This document shows, one piece after another, positions 30,227-39,906 of a DNA stretch of 64,000 nucleotides. Positions within the stretch are counted from its first letter, which is position 1, and the number at the start of each line of letters is the position of its first letter. Below the pieces are notes generated by a model that saw only the letters and a list, made by a program, of their open reading frames with translations, did no database searches and was not told the origin of the DNA. Position numbers and translations under genes: made by a program. The DNA is from Myxococcota bacterium (GTDB taxonomy: Bacteria; Myxococcota; SpSt-1050), in contig JBMFOP010000001.1 of NCBI GenBank assembly GCA_049969675.1, positions 32,001-96,000 of the forward strand, in the 5' to 3' direction.

Positions 30227-31045
30227 ATGATAGTAAGAGAGCCTAAATATAGTGGTAAATTTTATCCAGAAAAGCCCAGAGTCCTCATCTCTATGTTGCA
30301 GGATCTGTACAATAGGGTTGAATTTTCCCGGAAGAAGATAAGGTCTAATGGAATCCTGTTGCCACACGCCGCATATCACTACTCCGGGCATGTGGCTATG
30401 TCTGTCTTGAAGTGCATAGAAATTCCAGAGAATATAATAATCTTTTGTCCAAATCACAATGGACTCGGGGAGGATGTAAATATTGTCTCTGAGGGACGCT
30501 TTATAACACCTATTGGAGATGTTGCTATAAATTCGGATATTGCAAGGGGTATTATGAAAGATATCCCCGAAGTAAAGGAAGATATAAAGTCTCATCTGAT
30601 AGAACATTCAATTGAGGTGCAACTCCCGTTATTAAAATACCTTAGAAACGATGTAAGAATTGTTCCCATACTTATTAAGAAACTTAAAGCAAATATTCTT
30701 ACAAAATTGATATCTGATTTTGCAAATTTCTTTAAGGGTTCTGGTGCTTCTGACATTCTATTTCTCTCAAGCAGTGACCTCTCTCATTATGAGAGATATG
30801 ATGAGGCAATAAGGAAGGATAAGCTGCTCTTAAAATATGTTGAGAAGATGGATATCTATGGGCTCAAAAAGGTAATTGAAGAAGAACATATCTCTATGTG
30901 TGGATATGAGGGCACAGCAATCAATATGGAGTTGTGTCGTCAGTCTGGTGCTACTCAGGGGATAATTAAGAGGTATGATACAAGTAGTTCAAGCGATGGG
31001 AATTATGAGAGTGTTGTGGGGTATGCAGGGGCCTGTTTTGTATAG
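30227..31045 (+). CDS. MEMO1-family protein (AmmeMemoRadiSAM protein B)
   Basis: PHAAY, PNH, EHSIEVQLP, SSDLSHY, SMCG, VVGY. Confidence 0.92.
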   Translation: MIVREPKYSGKFYPEKPRVLISMLQDLYNRVEFSRKKIRSNGILLPHAAYHYSGHVAMSVLKCIEIPENIIIFCPNHNGLGEDVNIVSEGRFITPIGDVAINSDIARGIMKDIPEVKEDIKSHLIEHSIEVQLPLLKYLRNDVRIVPILIKKLKANILTKLISDFANFFKGSGASDILFLSSSDLSHYERYDEAIRKDKLLLKYVEKMDIYGLKKVIEEEHISMCGYEGTAINMELCRQSGATQGIIKRYDTSSSSDGNYESVVGYAGACFV

Positions 31046-31047
31046 TT

Positions 31048-32601
31048 ATGGATAATGCAAAAGTAAAGGCTTTATATAAAGGTGATATATCCAGAATTAA
31101 TATCTGTGAGCTTTTGATAAGGCTTGGGGTCTTAAAAGAGAATGGATATGTGGAGATAATTATTGAAGAGTTGAGGATAAAAATTTATCTATATATGGGG
31201 GATATTGTTAATATTGAATCTGATGATATCAATTTCTCACTTGCGGGATTCTTAAGGAAGAGGAATAGAATCAGTGAAGAGCAGTATGCAGATGTAAAGA
31301 AGATGGTGCAGGCTGGAGATAATAGTACTGCAGAGGTACTCCTGACCCTCGGGTTAATCAAACCATTTGAGGTTATTCAGTTCATAAACGAATTTCTTAT
31401 ATGTGCTCTCGGCAGGATAGCGACTTTTTCAAAGGGGATTTATGTTTATTACAGGATTGAACAGGATGTCTATCCTTTCCCGGTAAATCTGAGATTCAAC
31501 ACAGTAGATGCTGTAAAGAATGTGATATTTAATCATCTCCCCGATGAATATTTTATAAGGCTCTTTGCAAGACATAATGAGATTGATGTCATATTGCGAA
31601 GTTCAGGGCTGACCATTGAGAATGCAAGGCTTGGTCCAAAGGAGTTGCGATATCTTAAAGCCATCTGTTCTTCAGGGAAATTTGTAGATTATCTCCCTGA
31701 AATTAATCCCACTAACTCAGAACATATCTATAAACTCAGGGCTGCATATTATTTTAAGTTGTGTGCATTTATTGAGATGAGGAGAGGGAAAGAGAGTTTT
31801 GAATCAGTATTCCATATTGAGAACCTGAAAGATAATCATTTTGGGGAATGTGGAGTGGTTCCCCCGTCAGAAAAGGCTTTAGAAAAAGAGGGATGTAAGA
31901 TTGATGATGAGGAGGAGAAGAAGATATCAGAGCTGACAGCCCTCTTTGAGGAGATGAAGAAGAAGAATTTCTTTGAAAGATTGAATGTCAGCGAAGATGC
32001 ACAGGATGCCCAGATAAAGAAGGCGTATCTCCTGCTTGCAAAGAAGTATCACCCTGATATTGTCACTGTTAATGCTTCAAAGAGGATAAAGAAGTGTTAT
32101 GAGGATATATTTGCACTTATCAACGAGGCGTATCAGAGGCTTGAGAAGGCAGATTCAAGGAGAGATTATCTGGAATCAATAAAACAGAGTGAGGATGGAA
32201 AGTCTGATGTGGATATAGCGAGTATTCTGGAAGATGAGGCAAAATTTATAAGGGCTAAGGCACTTATCAAGAACAACAGAAATATAGAATCTGGACTTCA
32301 GATACTTGAAGATATAATGACGAGAAATCAGGATGATGAGTACAGGATTTATTATCTCTGGGGGAAATTCCTTAAAGAGAAGCCTACAGACCCAGCCGTA
32401 ATAGGGAAGATAATAACATCTCTTGAAATGATTGCAAAGAAGAAGGAGCTTCCGGACCTCTTCCTGTTCCTCGGTTACCTATATAAAGCAGTCAGGAATG
32501 AGGAGAAGATGATAGAGGCATTCAAAAGACTTCTAAAGCTCGAGCCGAATAATACAATTGCCTCTATTGAGATTAAACTATATGAGAAGAAGAAGAGATG
32601 A
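31048..32601 (+). CDS. DUF4388-like / DnaJ J-domain / TPR protein
   Basis: KKAYLLLAKKYHPD J-domain; C-terminal TPR-like LFLGYLY...LKLEPNN. Confidence 0.8.
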   Translation: MDNAKVKALYKGDISRINICELLIRLGVLKENGYVEIIIEELRIKIYLYMGDIVNIESDDINFSLAGFLRKRNRISEEQYADVKKMVQAGDNSTAEVLLTLGLIKPFEVIQFINEFLICALGRIATFSKGIYVYYRIEQDVYPFPVNLRFNTVDAVKNVIFNHLPDEYFIRLFARHNEIDVILRSSGLTIENARLGPKELRYLKAICSSGKFVDYLPEINPTNSEHIYKLRAAYYFKLCAFIEMRRGKESFESVFHIENLKDNHFGECGVVPPSEKALEKEGCKIDDEEEKKISELTALFEEMKKKNFFERLNVSEDAQDAQIKKAYLLLAKKYHPDIVTVNASKRIKKCYEDIFALINEAYQRLEKADSRRDYLESIKQSEDGKSDVDIASILEDEAKFIRAKALIKNNRNIESGLQILEDIMTRNQDDEYRIYYLWGKFLKEKPTDPAVIGKIITSLEMIAKKKELPDLFLFLGYLYKAVRNEEKMIEAFKRLLKLEPNNTIASIEIKLYEKKKR

Positions 32602-33899
32602 GACTATCGTGTAAGATCGCATATGCTGTATTGGTTGCATCATTTGTCCTCTCTGCCTGTCAGACAGCCACTCATCTTAAGCCAGAGGGCTGCCAGCAGC
32701 AGATAATATTTGAGATACAGGGTATATCACATCCTGTAAAAGATATTTCAGAAAACAGGGCTCTATTAAGGCTTGAGGGAGAGATATCTGTGGCATCGGT
32801 GGGGGATATCATTCCTCATAACAATGTAAAGAAGGCGGCGTCACAGGGGAATATAGTTCAGGGTGGAAGGAGTATAAATAATGAAGGTTTTGATACCCTT
32901 TTTGAGAATGTAAAGGAGTATCTTAAAGCCGATGTCACTATTGCAAATTACGAATCACCAATTGCCCCCATAAATGGTTCATCAGGGCAACCTTTTGTAT
33001 TTAATTCTGATACATCCCTTCTTAGAGCCGCAAGAGATGCAAATATCAATCTGTTTAATATAGCAAATAACCACATCTATGATCAGGATATAAAAGGGTT
33101 TTTAGAGACGATAGAGAATTTTGAATCGGAGAAGATAAGATATATAGGCACATATACCGATGATAAGCCACGCCCTCTATTCCTGGAAAGGAATGGGATC
33201 AGGGTGGCATTCTTTGGATTTACCACGCTCTTAAATAATCAACCCGATTACGGCCGGCTCAGGGAGTATGTTAGAAAGTATATAGGAGAGAAGGATACAG
33301 AAGAGATCAGAAAGGCTAAAGAGAAGGCAGATATTGTGATTGTTTATATACACTGGGGAGAGGAATATAAGAAGGAGCCAGACGAATCACAGATCAGTCT
33401 CGCAGATGAATTGATTGAGGCTGGCGCAGATATTATAATTGGTGGACATCCACATATACTCCAGCCATTGAGTCTTATAGCCTCAAATGATATGCGGATT
33501 GTCCCTGTGGCATTTTCAATGGGAAATTTTATCTCAAATCAGAGCCGAAATTATGCATTTCCTATATCCGGTGAAGATGAGGGGAGGACAAGGGACTCCG
33601 CAATATTGAGATTTAAGCTAAAAAAATATTCTTACAACGACTTTTCCTTTACTGTGGTCTCGGAACTCTATTTTGTGCCTCTCTGGACATACAACAATGA
33701 TATCCAGTTTTCAAAGGGGGTTGAAAAGAGACTTAAGATATATCCATTCCCTATCACGGAAAGGATAGAACAATTGAATAAGGCAATTGTGGTAGAGAAG
33801 GATGAAAATAGGAAGAAGGAACTCCTTCTGGAACTTGAAAATCTGTTGTTGAGGCTCAAATTGATAAAGGGTACACTCGGAGAAGATTATGTAAGATAG
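32598..33899 (+). CDS. CapA/PgsA-like metallophosphoesterase lipoprotein
   Basis: Lipobox LSAC; VGD, NYE, ANNHIYD, HWGEEY, GGHPH, SMGNF. Confidence 0.9.
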   Translation: MRLSCKIAYAVLVASFVLSACQTATHLKPEGCQQQIIFEIQGISHPVKDISENRALLRLEGEISVASVGDIIPHNNVKKAASQGNIVQGGRSINNEGFDTLFENVKEYLKADVTIANYESPIAPINGSSGQPFVFNSDTSLLRAARDANINLFNIANNHIYDQDIKGFLETIENFESEKIRYIGTYTDDKPRPLFLERNGIRVAFFGFTTLLNNQPDYGRLREYVRKYIGEKDTEEIRKAKEKADIVIVYIHWGEEYKKEPDESQISLADELIEAGADIIIGGHPHILQPLSLIASNDMRIVPVAFSMGNFISNQSRNYAFPISGEDEGRTRDSAILRFKLKKYSYNDFSFTVVSELYFVPLWTYNNDIQFSKGVEKRLKIYPFPITERIEQLNKAIVVEKDENRKKELLLELENLLLRLKLIKGTLGEDYVR

Positions 33900-33900
33900 T

Positions 33901-34536
33901 ATGAAATACTCTCCAATTATATGGGCATCAGCATATCTGATAAGCAGGTTAATCAGGAGTTACAGATATGTAGTCAGTAATGATGCTATTGTACAGAATT
34001 GCAAAAGACCTCCGGTCTTTGCTCTATTCCATTCTACTCAGATGTTGGTTGCAAGTTATAGAACCAATTTTAAGACCAATATATTGGTAAGTCTTTCAAA
34101 GGATGGGGAGATAGCAGCACAGGCATTACAGATGCTCGGCTTTGGAGTGGTAAGGGGTTCTTCTTCAAAAAGGGGTAGAGAGGCACTTGATGAATTGATA
34201 TTAAAGGTCAGATCCGGAGAATCAGCCGCTATTACAGTTGATGGTCCACGGGGTCCCTGTGAAGAGGTAAAGAGTGGAATAATAAGACTTGCGTCAGAGT
34301 CAAATGCGCCAATAGTTTGTGTATCAGCTGCTGCAAAGGTTATGTATAGATTAAAGAATTCCTGGGACCGTTTTATAGTTGCACCCCCTCTTTCAAAGGT
34401 CTTTATCTCTTTTTCGGACCCCATCACTGTCGATAGAATAGTGGATGCTGAAGAGATAAAATTTTTTAAGAGTCTAATAAAAACAAAATTGCGCTCCCTG
34501 TTTGAGGATTCTCTCAAAATGGTTCAAAAAATTTAA
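33901..34536 (+). CDS. DUF374 / lysophospholipid acyltransferase-like protein
   Basis: SKDGE, VRGSS, TVDGPRGP, SWD. Confidence 0.88.
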   Translation: MKYSPIIWASAYLISRLIRSYRYVVSNDAIVQNCKRPPVFALFHSTQMLVASYRTNFKTNILVSLSKDGEIAAQALQMLGFGVVRGSSSKRGREALDELILKVRSGESAAITVDGPRGPCEEVKSGIIRLASESNAPIVCVSAAAKVMYRLKNSWDRFIVAPPLSKVFISFSDPITVDRIVDAEEIKFFKSLIKTKLRSLFEDSLKMVQKI

Positions 34537-34569
34537 GAGTTATGTTATATAAATTTCAAGAGGTGTGGA

Positions 34570-36378
34570 TTGCATAGGTATTATAAAGAGAATCAGGATA
34601 TTGAAGGACAAAGGCTTGCCTGTGGTAAATATAGTCGCAGGGTTCTACAGGATCTGCTTAAACTATCAGATATTCATTGTAATATAATTGCAATGGGTTG
34701 GGTTGGAAATCGTATAGTGATTGATATTCTCCCACAGGGTAAAAAAGAGGACTCACTAATCACGCTTTATATTGCAAAGAGGGTAGATACTCAACCATCC
34801 CTTTTAAAGACCGACTTTCTGGATATATACTACAGTAGTAATAAGAATAACGAGGACTTTGCAAGACATATCCTATCTCTTAAGATTAATGATATCACTT
34901 TCGCTCAGCTAACGAAGATCTTAAAAGATGACCCTGAACTTGGAGACCCATCTCTCTCTATGCCCACATCAGAGGCGGCGGATAGGCCAGAGAATCATCT
35001 GGACAGCTGGGGTGGAAGGGATTTATACGCCAATTTCTTCGCCGAGGGAGAATTTGCCAGAGGACAGTTAGATTCGGTTAATATCTATGAGAATTGTGTC
35101 TTTATTCAACATTCTGATATAGAATGCGTCTCGTTAAGGCCAAATCTGGATTTGAGACTCATTAAGTTTCTGGTAAGATATCCATGGCTCTCCCCAAATC
35201 CAGAGAAATATAGTGGTATCAGACGTGATGAACTCCCGGATGTTAATAAATTCTTCTCTACTGACCTCAGGGAGAAAGATATTATAATGGGGCATAATAA
35301 GGTTAGAGATGCACTTGAATATGTCCTTAATAATGTTAAGAAGAAGAATATCTTCCTCTCCAATACCTGCACCCCTGTTGTGATAGGGGAAGATGTAGAA
35401 TCTTTAGTAAAAAAGGCTAAACAGAGGAGAAAGGACCTCTTATATCTTACAGTCACTCCTCAATCAATGGAGGTAGTATTAAAGGACTTATTTAAAATTC
35501 CATCTAAAAGAATGAAGAGAAAGGCTCATAATCTGATTAATCTTATGGGTTATGAAGATGATAATTACATAAGACAGTTAATAAAGTTTCTAAAAGATTT
35601 AGGAATTGAAGTAAATTCTACTGTTATACCTGATGTCTCAGTAAAGACCCTTAATAAATATTTTAAAGGCGGTGTTGATATACTAAAACCAAATTCTCTC
35701 TGGAGCCATCTCTATATGCAACTTAACTCTATGTCTGGACATAAATATATTTCAATTGACTCACCATATGGCTTTTTCGGGACAATCAGATGGATAATTG
35801 AACTCTTAAGAATCCCTGGAAGAAAGATATCTGAGGATGAGATAATGAAGAGAATAAAGCCCGAGATCATTGATAGATATTTGAGATTGAGAGAAGCAAT
35901 GAAATCTATAGGTGTTATCTTCATTGTGAGAAAGGATGAAGTTGGATATCTCACCGATTCTGCTAAGTCGTGGGGTGTACCTTTGATAAAGTTCTTCAGA
36001 GAGATGGGAAGTAAGATAGAGGTATTCATAAAGGCTCAAAGCCTTGAAGAGGCAAAGTCTGCATCAACTCAACTATTAGGTTTTATTTCGGATTATCATA
36101 ATTTTGAGATAAGATATTTTGATTCTTTTGAGAATATGATGAGACTGATAAAGAGTAGTATGGCTCAATTGGTTTTTACAAATCATTCAAATGATTGGAG
36201 GATAACATCGGGGGGAAAGCATTCTCTCTCACTTACGGATTTTGAAGTCGGTTTTGAAGGTGCAATATATACAATGGAAAATATTTTGAACCTCGCAAAT
36301 AATCAATTTTTCAAGAGGTATGCAAGGTATTTACAGAGGGATTTTAAGGGAAGCTATGAAGAGAGAGAACAAAGGTAG
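34570..36378 (+). CDS. Nitrogenase component-1-like protein (NifD/NifE/BchN fold) with N-terminal extension
   Basis: HSDIEC, STDLREKDIIMG, NTCTPVVIGEDV, INLMG, PYGF.GT..W, GFEG; start codon uncertain. Confidence 0.8.
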   Translation: MHRYYKENQDIEGQRLACGKYSRRVLQDLLKLSDIHCNIIAMGWVGNRIVIDILPQGKKEDSLITLYIAKRVDTQPSLLKTDFLDIYYSSNKNNEDFARHILSLKINDITFAQLTKILKDDPELGDPSLSMPTSEAADRPENHLDSWGGRDLYANFFAEGEFARGQLDSVNIYENCVFIQHSDIECVSLRPNLDLRLIKFLVRYPWLSPNPEKYSGIRRDELPDVNKFFSTDLREKDIIMGHNKVRDALEYVLNNVKKKNIFLSNTCTPVVIGEDVESLVKKAKQRRKDLLYLTVTPQSMEVVLKDLFKIPSKRMKRKAHNLINLMGYEDDNYIRQLIKFLKDLGIEVNSTVIPDVSVKTLNKYFKGGVDILKPNSLWSHLYMQLNSMSGHKYISIDSPYGFFGTIRWIIELLRIPGRKISEDEIMKRIKPEIIDRYLRLREAMKSIGVIFIVRKDEVGYLTDSAKSWGVPLIKFFREMGSKIEVFIKAQSLEEAKSASTQLLGFISDYHNFEIRYFDSFENMMRLIKSSMAQLVFTNHSNDWRITSGGKHSLSLTDFEVGFEGAIYTMENILNLANNQFFKRYARYLQRDFKGSYEEREQR

Positions 36379-37699
36379 AAAATTCTCTCAGAGGTTACTG
36401 AGCCCATATATGGTGGGAGTCTATCTCGGTGTTAATGCTGTGAAGGATTTTTATCTGCTTGTAGATGGGCCGGATTGCTCATATATGAAGACCCAATATA
36501 TAGGAATGAATCAGGACTTCTATGCCAATCTTACAAATCTATCTGGTTTTCACAGAATAGGAAATACTGCATTACATCCAATTATGATGGCATCTTCAAG
36601 AGAGGAGAAGATTCTCTCTGCTTTATTAAAGATTGCAAAAGGAGAATTTGTCTCTGCGGTTGGTATCACTCCGATGCCAATGGCAGCGGTTACCGCGGTA
36701 GATTATAGTCGGTTATTAAGGGAGGTGAGCAGGAGATATAAAAAACCAACATTTGAGTTCAAGAATAAATCACTCTCGGGGGATTGGATGGATGGTTACA
36801 TGGAATTCGGGAAGGTGCTTGCATCCAGTATGGAGATTGGGAAGGTCAGGAAGAGACGAAGGTCTGTGGCTATAATCGGTTATTTATATGATAGAAACGA
36901 ATATGATAATATTGCAAATATCGCTGAGCTCAAAAGAGTCTTTCAGGGGATTGGTGTAAATGTCGCGGGTATATGGTTTGATGGCGGCGGTTTTATGGAT
37001 CTAAAATCAGTATCTGAGGCTGACCTGATTATTTCGTTTGGATATCTCAGAGATGCTGCGAGAATCTTATCAGAGCGGCTAAAGACTCCGGTGATGGAAT
37101 TTGATTATCCAGTGGGGTTTGAGCAGACGGGTGATATATTAAAGAGGGTATCTGAATACTTTGAAATCAGAGACGCATCCACCTTCATTGAGAGAGAGAC
37201 AGAGGCAATTGTGAGGAGAGTAGAGTCACTTATAGAACAATACTTAATACGACTCAGGGTGTTTTATTGTGGGGACCCGATTCTATTTAATTCAATTAAA
37301 TCAATGCTTGAACTTGTTGGAATGAAGATTGAATATGCCATTATTTCCAATACATCTGAGAAGTCATCTTATGTAAAGGAGCCAATTAAGAATATTATTT
37401 TTGAACCGTCTATCAACGATGTCTTTGAGGTTGGTCTAAAGATGGCAAGAGAGGATAAGATAGACCTATATGTCGGCAATAGTGATATGAGTTCATACTT
37501 TATCGGGAGTGGGAAGGCGGCGGTTGAGATTGGATTCCCTTCTTATTTCTCGCATTGTATCGCAGAAATCCCTTATGTGGGTTATAGAGGGTATATGCAT
37601 CTTCTGAACAGGATTATAAAAGAGCTCAGATTTGCTGAGGTCAGAAAGGTCTTTAGAGAGCAAGGGATAGAGTCATTCATAAAAAATAAAATTTTATAA
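36356..37699 (+). CDS. Nitrogenase component-1-like protein (NifK/NifN/BchB fold)
   Basis: GVYLGVNAV..LLVDGPDC, VAIIG, ELKR...IGV.V, YPVG.EQT, GFP, GYRG; overlaps previous gene. Confidence 0.8.
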   Translation: MKRENKGRKFSQRLLSPYMVGVYLGVNAVKDFYLLVDGPDCSYMKTQYIGMNQDFYANLTNLSGFHRIGNTALHPIMMASSREEKILSALLKIAKGEFVSAVGITPMPMAAVTAVDYSRLLREVSRRYKKPTFEFKNKSLSGDWMDGYMEFGKVLASSMEIGKVRKRRRSVAIIGYLYDRNEYDNIANIAELKRVFQGIGVNVAGIWFDGGGFMDLKSVSEADLIISFGYLRDAARILSERLKTPVMEFDYPVGFEQTGDILKRVSEYFEIRDASTFIERETEAIVRRVESLIEQYLIRLRVFYCGDPILFNSIKSMLELVGMKIEYAIISNTSEKSSYVKEPIKNIIFEPSINDVFEVGLKMAREDKIDLYVGNSDMSSYFIGSGKAAVEIGFPSYFSHCIAEIPYVGYRGYMHLLNRIIKELRFAEVRKVFREQGIESFIKNKIL

Positions 37700-37768
37700 C
37701 TTCTGGATATTGCTAACTGTAGATTTTTCTTGAAATCTTTTTCAGATTGTGTTAGGGTTTCTGCCGCT

Positions 37769-37849
37769 GCCGAAGTGGTGGAATTGGTAGACACGTACGT
37801 TTGAGGGGCGTATGCCAGCGGCGTGTGGGTTCGAGTCCCACCTTCGGCA
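37769..37849 (+). tRNA. tRNA-Leu (GAG)
   Basis: Acceptor stem GCCGAAG/CTTCGGC, D-loop GGAATTGGTAGAC, anticodon arm TACGT-TTGAGGG-GCGTA, variable arm, GGTTCGAGTCC; CCA not encoded. Confidence 0.96.
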
Positions 37850-37983
37850 TTTTTTTTTGCCTTTACTTGCTTTTTGAAATTATAATTTTACATTATTAAT
37901 ATTTACAATGGATTGAGTAAAGGTTATTATTTATCTGTTTTGAGGGTTAGCTCTGGTCTGTCTTTTGAGGCAGGTAAGAAGTC

Positions 37984-39906
37984 TTGAAGAAAAAATATTT
38001 ATATTTAAATCTCAATCTAAATAAGAGTATAGCCTTTAAGGTATCGCTTGTGATATCTATCGCCATACTAATTATTATGGGGACTGGATTCTATTTTCTC
38101 CTTGATATGCAAAAGAAGGCTATTAAGAAAAATATTGATGATTATTTTGCCTCCATTTATGAGATGGTTCTGGTTACAATAAAGGACCAGCATACCTTGA
38201 ACGGAACACTCCCTTCAAAACAGCTACGGGATATAATGAAATCCCACAAAGAGATTATATCTTCCAATATCACCAATTATTATGGTGTAATTAAATGGGC
38301 TTCAAATCCCTCTGATGTAGGGAAGATAAATAAACTTGTGAATGAGGTAAAGAAGGAGTGGGGAGGTGCGGATATCAGGACAGGGGTAAGGATTCTTGAA
38401 AATAAGAATGCTACTCAGATTGTTACACCAATTATGCCCGAACAGATCTGCGTCAAATGTCATCAGGATAGAAAGGAACCCATAGGATTTTTTATTGCGG
38501 AGAGTATTAGTTTTTCAACTCTATTTAGCGACATCTATAAATTTTCTACTGTCTCGTTTCTTGTAATTCTGGATACAATTCTGGTAACAATGCTCATCCT
38601 CTCTTTAGCACTGAGGTTTTATGTAGTTAAACCCATTGATACACTTTTGAGTATGATTCAGGCTGTGGAGAAGGGGAATTTCCTCGTGAGGGCAGATATA
38701 AAGAGGGAGGATGAACTTGGTATCCTCTCTCGTGGCTTTAATAATATGCTCAAGAAGATTACCGACCTTATGGTCTCTCAAATGGATCAGGAGAGACAGG
38801 TTGTACAGATGCAACAGGAGTTAAAATATCGTGATGAGATAGAGGAGAAAGGGAAGAAGATTCTTGAGATTAATGCCTCACTTGAGAAGAAGTTGAATGA
38901 ACTTTCGCTCTTAATCGAACTCTCATCAGCCCTCAATTCAAGCCTTGAACTGGATGATATACTTGAATCTCTGGTAAATATCCTGCACAGGAAGATGAAC
39001 TATCTTGGACTTGTGGTCTTACTATGGGATGAGGAAGAGCGGGTATTGAGAGTAAAGAGGTCATTTGGTTATGACGATGGAGAGCAGCTTAAAAATATGG
39101 TCTTTAAGCCCGGTGAGGGGATTTCCGGGCTTGTCGTTCAGAGCGGAGAGATGATTCTTGTAAATGATACAACGCATGACCCGAGATTCCTGCATTATAA
39201 AGGGAAGAAGATCATTGATGGCTCATTTTTGTCCATTCCTATGAAGTTTAAGGGTGAGACCATTGGTGTGTTAAACTTTTCAAGGCCCGGGATATATATG
39301 TTTAAGGATGATGAGATAGAGCTCTTAAAGGCTGTTGCCAATCAGGCGGCGATTGCGATCAAGAATGCTGAATTGTATCAGAAGACATTAGAACTCTCCA
39401 TCACCGATGCCCTTACAGGTTTATATAACAGAAGATATTTTTTCAGGAGGTTTGCAGAGGTTGTAGAGAATTCAATTCGCTATAATACAGGTTTCTCAAT
39501 CCTTATGATTGATATAGACCATTTTAAGAATTTTAATGATACATACGGACATAAGGCTGGGGATGAGATATTAAAGAGGGTGGCATATATATTCTCTTCA
39601 AGAGTCAGGAAGGTGGATATTGTAGCACGATATGGTGGAGAAGAATTCATAATTCTCTTCCCGAGGATGAAGAAGAAAGAGGCTTATGACCTTGCAGAGA
39701 AACTCCGTAAGAATGTGGAACTCTCAAAATTTGTTTTTGAGGGACAACCTATAGGACAGAAGATTACAATATCTATTGGTGTTGCCACTTTCCCCGACGA
39801 TAGCAAGGATGCCAGGGAGATAGTAGATCTGGCAGATAAGGCACTTTATAAGGCAAAGAGAAATGGTAGAAATCAGACAGTCTCATATGAACAGACCAAT
39901 GAATGA
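37984..39906 (+). CDS. Membrane diguanylate cyclase: periplasmic CxxCH sensor, HAMP, GAF, GGDEF
   Basis: Two TM segments flanking CVKCH; REDELG.L...FN.M HAMP; GAF; D.LTGL.NRR, RKVD I-site, GGEEF. Confidence 0.93.
   Translation: MKKKYLYLNLNLNKSIAFKVSLVISIAILIIMGTGFYFLLDMQKKAIKKNIDDYFASIYEMVLVTIKDQHTLNGTLPSKQLRDIMKSHKEIISSNITNYYGVIKWASNPSDVGKINKLVNEVKKEWGGADIRTGVRILENKNATQIVTPIMPEQICVKCHQDRKEPIGFFIAESISFSTLFSDIYKFSTVSFLVILDTILVTMLILSLALRFYVVKPIDTLLSMIQAVEKGNFLVRADIKREDELGILSRGFNNMLKKITDLMVSQMDQERQVVQMQQELKYRDEIEEKGKKILEINASLEKKLNELSLLIELSSALNSSLELDDILESLVNILHRKMNYLGLVVLLWDEEERVLRVKRSFGYDDGEQLKNMVFKPGEGISGLVVQSGEMILVNDTTHDPRFLHYKGKKIIDGSFLSIPMKFKGETIGVLNFSRPGIYMFKDDEIELLKAVANQAAIAIKNAELYQKTLELSITDALTGLYNRRYFFRRFAEVVENSIRYNTGFSILMIDIDHFKNFNDTYGHKAGDEILKRVAYIFSSRVRKVDIVARYGGEEFIILFPRMKKKEAYDLAEKLRKNVELSKFVFEGQPIGQKITISIGVATFPDDSKDAREIVDLADKALYKAKRNGRNQTVSYEQTNE

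Noticed and set aside
34570..37699. True nitrogenase nifDK or nifEN
   Set aside because: FeMo-co ligands and several P-cluster Cys are not evident, and no nifH, nifB or other nif genes are nearby
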